The translations under genes and the position numbers were made by a program. Below, in pieces: positions 1 to 8,300 of a stretch of 13,239 nt of DNA; within the stretch, counting starts at the first letter, position 1; every line of letters begins with the position of its first letter. Origin of the DNA: Candidatus Eiseniibacteriota bacterium (GTDB lineage: Bacteria > ARS69); assembly GCA_052390515.1 (NCBI GenBank), contig JBQTGV010000109.1, forward strand, positions 1 through 13,239, written 5' to 3'. The notes beneath the pieces were generated by a model that did not search any database, was not told the DNA's origin, and saw nothing but the letters and a program-made list of their open reading frames with translations.

Positions 1-1
1 T

Positions 2-1255
2 CGGGCCGAGCTCCGCGCCTTCGCCCTCACCGGAGACGAGGGCGGCCGCCAGGACGAGTCGCTGCGGCGCGCGCTGGCCGCGCTTCCGCCGTCGGGCCTC
101 CGCGAGCTCGCTCTGGGGGTCGCGGATCCGGCCGGGATGGCCCGCGTACAGCAGGAGCTCGCGCGGCGGGGAGAACCTCCCGCCGGCCCCGTGTTCCCTG
201 TCGCCCTCCTCGCGCCGCTCAGCGGAAAGCTGCAGGAGTTCGGCGAAGCGTTCCGCCTCGGAGTGCAGCTCGCGCTGGAGGACCGAGACGCGCGGGCTGC
301 CGCGGAGCATCGCGACATCCCGGAAGTGCGCCTCGTGGAGCGCGACACGGAGGGCGATCTGCTCACCGCCACGCACGCGGCGCGGGGCGTCGTGATCGAG
401 GAGGGCGCGCGCGCCGTCGTCGGACCGCTCCTGTCCGTGACCACGATCGCCGCGGGGAGCGTCGCGGAGTCGTACGGCGTTCCGCTGATCGCCCCGCTCG
501 CCACCGACCCGGAGCTGTCCACGATCGGCCGCTACGTGGTGACGATGGACTCCCCGCCCGAAGCGCTCGCGGCCCCGCTCGGCGAGTTCGCCGTGAGCGT
601 GCTCGGCGCGCGCCGGTTCGGCGTGCTGCTGCCCGACGACGGCGTATCCGCCGCCTACGAGCGCGCGTTCGAGTCCGCCGTGCGCGACGCCGGCGGGGAA
701 GTCGTCGTCTCCCTCGCCTTCGAGCCCGGCGAAACGGACTTCCGCAAGTTGATCGAGCGCGTCGATCGTGAGGAAGTGGATGCGTTGTACGTGCCCGGTG
801 CCGGCTCCGACCTCGGCGCGCTGGCTTCGCAGCTCGACTTCTACGAATTCCACCGCCGCATCCTCGGGCACGGCGCGTGGACCCATCCGGACGTGTTGAC
901 CCCGGGCAATCGTTCGCTCGAGGGCGCGGTCCTCTCTCTCCTCGAGTCCGACCACCCCGATTCGGAGTTCCTGATGGCGCTCGGAGAGAAGGTGCGGCAC
1001 CGTTCGGCCGAGGAGGTCTCGCGCTTCCACGTCCAGGGCTACCGGGCGATGGCCGCGCTCCTGATGGTCGTCGACCGGGGTGCGCGCGGCGGCGAGGAGA
1101 TCGCCGAATCGCTTCGCCTGCGCCGCTTCTGGGCGGAGCCGCCGCCGGGCGAACGCATCCACCTGGTCACCTGGCGGGACGGCGTGCTCGGTCCGGCGAG
1201 CTGGGCCGGCGCCTTCGATCTCGCGCCGGACTCCACAGCGTCCGGCGGCGAATGA
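2..1255 (+). CDS. 5'-partial class-I periplasmic binding protein fold (LppC/LpoA-like PBP activator or LivJ-like ABC substrate-binding family)
   Basis: The frame of ORF 137..1255 is open back to position 2 (RAELRAFALTGDEGGRQDESLRRAL...), so the true start lies upstream of the window. Motifs VALLAPLSGK..FGEAFRLG, ERDTEGD, AVVGPLLS, GVPLIAP, FEPGETDF and DALYVPG match the type-I PBP fold. ASQLDFYE..ILGHGAW resembles LppC-like members. The helical segment upstream suggests an extra N-terminal domain. Confidence 0.75.
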   Translation, partial: RAELRAFALTGDEGGRQDESLRRALAALPPSGLRELALGVADPAGMARVQQELARRGEPPAGPVFPVALLAPLSGKLQEFGEAFRLGVQLALEDRDARAAAEHRDIPEVRLVERDTEGDLLTATHAARGVVIEEGARAVVGPLLSVTTIAAGSVAESYGVPLIAPLATDPELSTIGRYVVTMDSPPEALAAPLGEFAVSVLGARRFGVLLPDDGVSAAYERAFESAVRDAGGEVVVSLAFEPGETDFRKLIERVDREEVDALYVPGAGSDLGALASQLDFYEFHRRILGHGAWTHPDVLTPGNRSLEGAVLSLLESDHPDSEFLMALGEKVRHRSAEEVSRFHVQGYRAMAALLMVVDRGARGGEEIAESLRLRRFWAEPPPGERIHLVTWRDGVLGPASWAGAFDLAPDSTASGGE

Positions 1256-2352
1256 GGCGAGCGGCGGCGGCGGCCGGCGCCCCGCTGACGCTCTCGGCCA
1301 GCGAACCGAGCGAAGCTCCGGCGGACCGACCCATCGTGCTCGGCGCGGTGCTCCCGCTCTCCGGTGAGGAGGCGCACACCGGCGAAGAGATTCTCGAGGG
1401 ACTCGAGCTGGCCGCCGAGGTCGAGGATGCGGCACCGCCGCTCGCCATCCGGGCGGCCGACGGCGAGGCGGCGCCTGCCGCGTCGGTGCACGCGTTCCGC
1501 GAGCTGGCCGGCGATCCGGAAGTGTCCGCGGTCGTGGGCGGCTGGTTCGCGTCGACCGGCCGGACGCTGACCGCGGTCGCCGGGACGGCGGGCGTGCCGT
1601 TGCTCGTCCTCTCGCCGCTGGCGGGAGCCAGCCAGGGCGACGTGTTCCCGCTGCATCGCATCTCCGCGCTCGGCGAGGCGGCGGCCCGGTTCGCGTACGA
1701 CGAGCTGGACGCGCGGCGGGCCGGCATTCTCCGGCTGCCCGGCGGCGAGGTCTCCGGCAGGCTCGCCGACGCGTTCGCCGCGGCGTTCACGCGCCCGGAC
1801 TCGCGGCTCGTCTGGTCCATCTCGCCGGACGGCGCGGGCAGGCTCGCGCTCCCCGCGGGGCCGGCCGAGCCGGTCGACGCGATCTTCGTGGCGGGCGCAG
1901 GGGAGTGGGCGGAGCGCTGCTCGGCGCTGGGTGCGTCCACGCGCGAGGCCGCGATCCTCACCGTGACCGGGTGGCAGACGGACGGTCTCGATCGACTCGC
2001 GGCCGGCGGCGTACCGGTCTACCTCGTGTCGTTCTTCAGCGCCACCGATCCCTCGCCGGCGAACCGGCGGCTGCTGGAGGCCTGCGCGCGGACCGGACGC
2101 GAGCCCACGCCGGCCCTGGCGCTGGGGTGGGACGTGGGTCGGCTCATCCGGCACGCCGCCTTGGTAGGCGGCCGCGACCGCGACGGCATTCGCACCGGTC
2201 TCCGCGGGGGGGCGCCGTTCTCCGGCGCGACGGGGAGGCTCGACTTCGGCTGGGCCGGGACGCCGAGGGAGACCCCGGCGGTGTCGTCCCTGTCCTCCGC
2301 CGGCCTCGTGTTCCTGAGGCGCGTGGAGGTGCCGGCCCAGGGCGGGGGTTGA
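1252..2352 (+). CDS. Class-I periplasmic binding protein fold (LivJ/Peripla_BP_6-like), 366 aa
   Basis: ATG at 1252 overlaps the previous TGA (ATGA, 1252-1255); the track's 877 start lies inside gene 1. Motifs IVLGAVLPLSG..G.EI.EG, SAVVGGW, GVPLLVLSP, ALGWD and FSGATGRLDF are typical of the family. The N-terminus resembles a signal peptide. Confidence 0.75.
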   Translation: MRRAAAAAGAPLTLSASEPSEAPADRPIVLGAVLPLSGEEAHTGEEILEGLELAAEVEDAAPPLAIRAADGEAAPAASVHAFRELAGDPEVSAVVGGWFASTGRTLTAVAGTAGVPLLVLSPLAGASQGDVFPLHRISALGEAAARFAYDELDARRAGILRLPGGEVSGRLADAFAAAFTRPDSRLVWSISPDGAGRLALPAGPAEPVDAIFVAGAGEWAERCSALGASTREAAILTVTGWQTDGLDRLAAGGVPVYLVSFFSATDPSPANRRLLEACARTGREPTPALALGWDVGRLIRHAALVGGRDRDGIRTGLRGGAPFSGATGRLDFGWAGTPRETPAVSSLSSAGLVFLRRVEVPAQGGG

Positions 2353-2370
2353 CGCTCGGAAACCCCCGTC
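2341..2370 (+). repeat. Inverted repeat/hairpin spanning the stop codon of gene 2 (possible terminator or operator)
   Basis: GGCGGGGGTT (2341-2350) pairs with AACCCCCGTC (2361-2370): 10-bp stem with one G-U pair and a 10-nt loop. No poly-U tail follows. Confidence 0.4.
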
Positions 2371-2378
2371 GCTACATT
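2349..2378 (+). promoter_or_regulatory. Putative sigma70-type promoter for the selA-smc-ftsY run
   Basis: TTGACG at 2349-2354 (-35, 5/6 match), 18 bp spacer, TACATT at 2373-2378 (-10, keeps T1, A2, T6). It sits in the only long intergenic gap and stands out against the very GC-rich background. Confidence 0.5.
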
Positions 2379-2434
2379 CGATCGACGGCCCGCACCCCTC
2401 TCCGTCGCTTTGCGCTCCCACCCGTGAGTGCCTC

Positions 2435-3823
2435 TTGCAGGAAGCGCTTCGCCAGATTCCTTCGGTCGACCAGGTGCTCGCGGCGCCCACCGTGCGCGGG
2501 CTCCTCGAGCGGGAGCCGCGACCGGCGGTCGTGCGCGCGGTCCGCGCGCGCCTGGAGGCGATCCGCGGCGAGGTGCTCGCCGGGAACGGCGCGGCGGTGC
2601 CCACGCTCGAGCGGATTGCCGCCGACGTCGTGGAGCAGGTGCAGGGTCGCCCGCGCGGTCTTCGCCGCGTGCTCAACGCCACCGGCGTCGTGCTGCACAC
2701 CAATCTGGGTCGCGCGCGGCTCGCCGAGGCGGCGGTGCAGGCCATCGTCGAGACGGCGCAAGGAGCCTGCGATCTCGAGCTGGATCTCGCGACCGGGCGG
2801 CGCGGATCTCGCACCGAGCGCTTGGAGCGCCGCCTGTGCGAGATCACGGGTGCTTCCGCGGCGTTCGTCGTGAACAACAATGCCGGTGCCTTGGTGCTGG
2901 CGCTGAACGAGCTCGCCCAGGACCGCGAGGCAGTCGTGTCCCGCGGCGAGCTCATCGAGATCGGCGGCTCGTTCCGGCTGCCCGACGTGATGGCCCGGAC
3001 CGGCGCGCGCTTGGTGGAGGTCGGTACCACGAACCGCACGCACCTCGGAGACTACGAGCGCGCCATCGGGCCGCGCACCGGGCTCCTGCTGAAGGTGCAC
3101 CGCTCCAATTTCCGCCAGGACGGATTCGTCACCGAGCCTACGCTCGCCGACCTCGTGGCGCTCGGGCGGCGGCACGGGGTTCCGGTGCTGCACGATCTCG
3201 GTTCCGGCTCGCTGCACGAGACCGCCGCGACCCGCCGTGAGCCGAGGCTGTCCGACAGCCTCGCGCAGGGCGTGGACGTGGTGACCTTCTCGGGCGACAA
3301 GCTGCTCGGCGGGCCGCAGGCCGGGATCCTGCTCGGGAGCGCCGCCGTGCTCGACCGTCTCCGGAAGAACCCCGTGGCCCGGGCGCTCCGGGTCGACAAG
3401 TTCACCATCGCCGCCCTTGCAGCCACGCTGGATCTCCTGGAAGATGCGGATCGGGCGCGGGAGCTGGTGCCGACGCTGCGCGCGCTCGACGCGTCCCCGG
3501 AGGAGCTTGCCCGGCGGGCCGCCGCCATCGTGCGGGAGCTGGCCCGGTGCGATGACCTGAGCGTGCGCCCGGTCCCGGCTTCGAGCGAGGTCGGGGGCGG
3601 GGCGGCGCCGGCGGAGGATCTGCCGACGACCGCGGTCGCGCTCCGGCACCGCAGCTTGTCCGCGGAAGAGCTAGCCGCGGAGCTCCGCGGGCTCGCGACG
3701 CCGGTGATCGGCCGCATCGCCGCGGGCGAGGTCCTGCTCGATCCGAGGAGCCTGGATCCGGCCGAGGACTTGCTTTGCGCGCGGCTGATCGGGGACCGCT
3801 TCGGTCCGGGGGGAGGGGGCTGA
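2435..3823 (+). CDS. selA: L-seryl-tRNA(Sec) selenium transferase (selenocysteine synthase), 462 aa
   Basis: LRQIPSVD N-terminus, VLNATGVVLHTNLGRA, VVNNNAGA, SRGELIEIGGSFRLPDV, EVGTTNRTH, LLKVHRSNF, DLGSG, and the PLP-lysine motif FSGDKLLGGPQAG. TTG start with a weak SD. Confidence 0.97.
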   Translation: MQEALRQIPSVDQVLAAPTVRGLLEREPRPAVVRAVRARLEAIRGEVLAGNGAAVPTLERIAADVVEQVQGRPRGLRRVLNATGVVLHTNLGRARLAEAAVQAIVETAQGACDLELDLATGRRGSRTERLERRLCEITGASAAFVVNNNAGALVLALNELAQDREAVVSRGELIEIGGSFRLPDVMARTGARLVEVGTTNRTHLGDYERAIGPRTGLLLKVHRSNFRQDGFVTEPTLADLVALGRRHGVPVLHDLGSGSLHETAATRREPRLSDSLAQGVDVVTFSGDKLLGGPQAGILLGSAAVLDRLRKNPVARALRVDKFTIAALAATLDLLEDADRARELVPTLRALDASPEELARRAAAIVRELARCDDLSVRPVPASSEVGGGAAPAEDLPTTAVALRHRSLSAEELAAELRGLATPVIGRIAAGEVLLDPRSLDPAEDLLCARLIGDRFGPGGGG

Positions 3824-5307
3824 TGGGGACTGCCGCCGCCATTCGCGATCCGCGGGAGCTCGCCGCCGAGCTCTCGCTTCCGCTTCTCGGCACCGTGCCG
3901 CCGCCCGCCGCGGCCGAGGGCCCGGTCTCGCCGCGCGTCCCCGCGGACGCCGCGCGCCGTGACTCCCTGAAGGCGGTCGCCGATCGCATCCTTGCGGGGC
4001 CCGGACCTGTCGAGGTGATCGGGCTGGCCGGAGACCTGCCGCCGGCCGAGCGTGCGGAACTGGCCGGGGCGCTGGCCGCCGTCCTCGCCGGCGAGCGGAG
4101 CACCGTGCTGATCGACGCGGACCTGCGCGGCGCACACCTGGCCTTCGAGGCTTCGTCGCGGGCGCAGGAAGGGCTCGTCGACGTGCTGCGCTACGGCGTC
4201 CGTTCGCCGCGCGTGGTCGGTCCCACGGGGACGCCGGGGCTGAGCCTCCTGCCCGTCGGCTCCGGGACCGTGGATGTCGCCGGGACCTACGCGTCGGATG
4301 CGGCCGTGCCGCTCTTCGCCGAGCTCCGCCGCGGCGGCGATCTGCTCGTGGTGAACGGGCCGGATCCTCGGGACGCGGGTGCCGCCGGGCGTCTCCTCGA
4401 CCTCGTCGGCGGGTGGATCCTGGTGGGCTCGGCCGCCGCCGTGGACTCGTCGTCCCTCCTCTCGCTGCGGGATCGGCTGGGCCGCTCTCGGTGCGTCGGG
4501 GTCGTCGTGGTCGCGGCCGGGCCGCCCGTGACCGCCCCTCCGGCGCCGCGCGCGCCGCTCGCTTCTGCGGTCGCCGCGAAGGCACCTGCGCGGGATCTCT
4601 CCGCACGCGTCGAGCCGGAGCCCGCGTCGCGCGTCGAGCCGCCCCGGTCTTCACCGCTCCGGGTGTGGGGAATCGGGCTCGCCGGCCTCGCTGCGGTGGT
4701 GCTCGCCGTGGTGTTGCTGCGTCCCGCGGACCGGATCGAGCGGCCCGAGCCGAGCGTGGAGCGCAGCGCGGAACCGCGCGTGCTCCCACCCACGGAATCG
4801 ACGTACACCGAGCAGCGCGTAGAGGAACCGCCGGCGCCGGTGAGCGCCCCGCTCACAGAGACCCTCCCGCAGGGGGCTTGCCCCGCGCCGGACTCGCCGG
4901 CGCCCGCGTCGGTACCGCGGGCGCCGGCGGCGGTCGCGGTGCCGGCGCGCGCAACGGTCGAGCCGCCAGCTCCGCCCGCGGTCCAGCCGTCCCCCGCATC
5001 CGCTCTCGCTCCGGCGGCTCCGACCCCTGGCGGGATCTGGGGCGTGCATCTCGCGTCGATGCGCACCGTGGCCGGCGCCCGCGAGGAGGAGGCGCGCTTC
5101 ACCGCGAAGGGCTTCGCCACGGTGCTCCGCGAGGTCGAGATCGAGGGCAAGGGACGTTGGGTCCGCGTCTACGTCGGACCGTTCGCGGACCGGAACCAAG
5201 CGAGCGAGGCGGCGGCGCGCGTTCGCGCGCTCGGGTTGCAGGAGTACGCGCAGGTGCAGCGGCTTCCGGCGGAGGAGAGCGTCGGGACGGGACGGGAGGA
5301 TCGATGA
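3823..5307 (+). CDS. Bitopic membrane protein: degenerate Wzc/CapB (BY-kinase, ParA/MinD superfamily) domain + TM helix + Pro/Ala linker + C-terminal SPOR domain, 494 aa
   Basis: ATG 3823 overlaps the selA TGA (TGATG), preceded by GGAGG. IRDPRELAAELSLPLLGTVP, VLIDADLRG (DADLR 4114-4128), EGLVDVLR, GLSLLPVGS and CVGVVV are Wzc-like. TM helix VWGIGLAGLAAVVLAVVLL (4663-4719). SPOR-like WGVHLASMR...KGF...KGRWVRVYVGPFADRNQASEAA (about 5035-5262). Confidence 0.8.
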   Translation: MGTAAAIRDPRELAAELSLPLLGTVPPPAAAEGPVSPRVPADAARRDSLKAVADRILAGPGPVEVIGLAGDLPPAERAELAGALAAVLAGERSTVLIDADLRGAHLAFEASSRAQEGLVDVLRYGVRSPRVVGPTGTPGLSLLPVGSGTVDVAGTYASDAAVPLFAELRRGGDLLVVNGPDPRDAGAAGRLLDLVGGWILVGSAAAVDSSSLLSLRDRLGRSRCVGVVVVAAGPPVTAPPAPRAPLASAVAAKAPARDLSARVEPEPASRVEPPRSSPLRVWGIGLAGLAAVVLAVVLLRPADRIERPEPSVERSAEPRVLPPTESTYTEQRVEEPPAPVSAPLTETLPQGACPAPDSPAPASVPRAPAAVAVPARATVEPPAPPAVQPSPASALAPAAPTPGGIWGVHLASMRTVAGAREEEARFTAKGFATVLREVEIEGKGRWVRVYVGPFADRNQASEAAARVRALGLQEYAQVQRLPAEESVGTGREDR

Positions 5308-8300
5308 ATCTCAGGAAGCTCGAGCTGTTCGGCTTCAAGTCGTTCATGCGCAAGCTGGACATCCACTTTTCCGACGGCATCACCGTGATCGTGGGGCCGA
5401 ACGGCTGCGGCAAGACGAACGTGACCGACGCGGTGCGCTGGGTGCTGGGGGAGAGCAACGCGCGAACGCTGCGCGGGGCGAAGATGGAGGACCTCATCTT
5501 CAACGGCACCGCCGACTACAAGCCGCTGAACGTGGCCGAGGTCGAGCTCACCGTGGACAACTCCTCGGGCATCCTGCCCATCGACTACTCCGAGGTCACG
5601 GTCACGCGCCGCATCTACCGCGAGGGCGAGCCCGAATTCCTGATCAACAAGGTGCCGGCGCGCATGCGCGACGTGCACGACCTGTTCATGGACACGGGAC
5701 TCGGCAGCCGGGCGTACTCGGTGATCGAGCGCGAGATGGTGGAGATGGTCCTCGCCGATCAGCCGGAGAAGCGCCGCGAGCTCATCGAGGAGGCGGCGGG
5801 GATCCACAAGTACAAGATCCGCGAGCGGCAGGCGCGGCGGAAGCTGGAGTCGACGGACGCGGACCTGCATCGCATCTCCGACGTTCTGCGCGAGGTGGAG
5901 CGGCAGGTGCGGTCGCTGAAGCGGCAGGTCGGCGCGGCGCAGCGCTTCCAGGAGATCCGCGACCGGCAGCGCGAGCTCGAGGTGGCGCTCGCCTGGGTGG
6001 ACCTCGAGGAGATGGACGGACGGACCGCGTCGCTCCGCGAAGCGTTGGCCGAGAACGAGACCGAGCGGCTGGGTGCCGGCAGCCGCATCGCCGCCGTCGA
6101 GGCGGAGCTGGAGGCACTCCGCGTGCGCATGACCGAGGCGGAGCACCGGCTGGCCGACCAGCAGCGCGAAGTGGACCGTCTGGCGGACGACGCGCGCGCC
6201 GCGGAGAGCGAAGTGCTGGTCCGGCGGGAGCGCCGCGACGCGCTCGCGGAGTCCGCACGGCGGCTCGCCCGGGAGCGGGAAGAGCTCGGCGAACGCCTCA
6301 CCGAGGGCGCGCAGCGCGGCGAGCGGCTGGCCGCCGCGCACGCGGAGTCGACCGCGCTCCTGGCAGGCGTCGAGGGTCGGCTGCACGTCGAGGAAGAGAG
6401 CCTCGGGCGCCTCGATTCGGACCTCGCCAGCCGGCGCGCGGGCCTGGCTCGTGCGCGCGAGATGGTGGAGGCCGCCTCGCAGGACGTGGGGCGCCTGCGC
6501 ACCGAGCTCGCCAACGTGGAGGCCAGGGCCGCGCATCTCGCCGATCGCCGCACCGCACTGGAGGCGGAGACTCGCGAGCTCGCGGCGCGGCTGGCAGGGC
6601 GCGAGCGGGGGCTGGCGGAGGCGGCGGAGCGAATCCGCGGCCTTCGCTCCGGTCTCGAGCAGTGTGAGCGCGAGCTCGAGTCCGCGGGGGCGGAGCGCGA
6701 CGCGCTCGACTCGCGCCGCGACTCGGCGAGGGAAGAGGACGCGCGTCTCGCCGTCGAGGTGGAGTCGGCGCGGTCCGGACTGGAGATGCTCTCCGCGCTG
6801 CAGTCCGCGTACGAGGGCTACGGCCAGGGCGCCCGGGCGCTGCTGCTGCGCGGCGGCCCGTATTCGCCGCTCGCCGATCTGGTGAAGCCGGCGCGTGAGG
6901 ATCTGCTTCCGGCGCTCGAGGCGGCGCTCGAGGGCGCGGTGGAGTTCGTGGTCGCCCGCGACTCGTCCGCCGTGTCCGACGCGGTGCGCTGGCTCCGCTC
7001 CGGCGAAGGCCGCGCCACGATTCTCGACGCGACCGGCTTCCGCGGCGACGGGGCGAAGAACGCGCCGGCCGCCGTGACCGCGGACGCCGCGGTGCTCGGG
7101 CCGGTGCGCGCGTTCCTGCACGCGGAGGGCGAGCTCGGCGCCGTGCTGGATCATCTCACCGCCGGCATGTTCGTCGTGGAGTCGCTGGAGGACGCGGTGC
7201 GCCTCGCGCGGCGTGCCGATTCCCGGGGGCTGCGCTTCGTCGCGCGCAACGGGGACTGGGCCGAGCATCCCGGCATCGTTCGTGGAGGCACTCCGGCCGC
7301 CTCCGGCGAGAGCCGCCTCCTGGGACGTGCCGCCCGCGTGGCCGAGCTCGGCGCGCGCGTCGCCGAGGCCGAGGAGCGCCGCCAGGCGGCGCGCCGGCGC
7401 GCGCAAGCGTTCTCCGTCGAGCGCGAGTCGCTCGCAGCGCGGATGGAAGAGCTCCGCGCCGCCGCTTCGGCCGCACGGGAGACGCTGCTCGCCGAGGAGC
7501 GCATCGCCGAGAGGCTGCGCGCCGAGACGGCCGCGGGCGAAGGGCGCCGCGACGCCGTTCGCCTCGAGCTCGGCGAGGTCGCGACGTCGCTGGAGGATCT
7601 GGCACGCGAGAAGCGTGCGCGCCTGTCGGCGCTGGACGAGGCCGAGGCCGGCCGCCTGCGGCTGGAGGAGGAGTGGAAGCGTCGGGAGAACGAGATCGTG
7701 GACTCCTCGGCGATGCGGGAGCACGCGCAGGCCGCCTGTCACGAGCTTCGCCTCGAGGCGCAACGGCTTCGCGGCGAGCTCGAGAAGATCGGGCTGGATG
7801 GCCAGCGCCTCGAGGAATCGCGCCAGACCGTCGAGCAGGGGCTCGCGCGCCGCGCCGCGGAGGCGGCGGACAACGAGCGGACCGCAGTCGAGCTGGGCCG
7901 GGAGATCGAGCTCGGCGAGGCGGAGGTCGCACGGCGCGTGCAGGTGCTCGCCGAGCGCAAGGCGGTGCGGGACCGTGCCGCGGACGAGCGCGGCGGGATC
8001 CTCGAGCAGCTCCGCACCGTGGACGAGGAGCGTGCCCGGTGGTCGCGGCTGCGCGACCAGTCCCAGGAGCTCTCCCACCGGAACGAGATGGAGCTCTCGC
8101 GACTGGAGTCCGCTCGCCACGAGCTGGTGGGGCGGGTGGAGCGGGAGTTCGGGGCGAGGCTCTCCCTGCCCGACGCGCGCGAGGCGCACGGGACGCTGGC
8201 CGGCGCCGACCCCGACGTGCTGGAGGCAGCCCGCCGCGAGCTGGAGGAGCTGCGGCGCACCGTCGACCGCATGGGCGCGGTGAACCTCGTGGCGCTCGAG

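Noticed and set aside
2350-2427. Selenocysteine readthrough of the gene 2 UGA using the downstream hairpin as a SECIS
   Set aside because: Readthrough adds only 24 featureless residues before another UGA, there is no redox motif, and the protein's homology is already complete.
2353-2434. tRNA-Sec (selC) upstream of selA
   Set aside because: The gap is only 82 nt, with no cloverleaf, UCA anticodon loop or T-arm consensus.
4820-5030. Pro/Ala-rich low-complexity stretch resembling a tandem repeat
   Set aside because: No regular repeat unit; it is the flexible linker typical of SPOR proteins.
4413-5303. Apparent 297-aa N-terminal extension of SMC (1517-aa ORF)
   Set aside because: Arg/Gly-rich off-frame read of the SPOR gene. 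SMC homology and a strong SD begin at ATG 5304.
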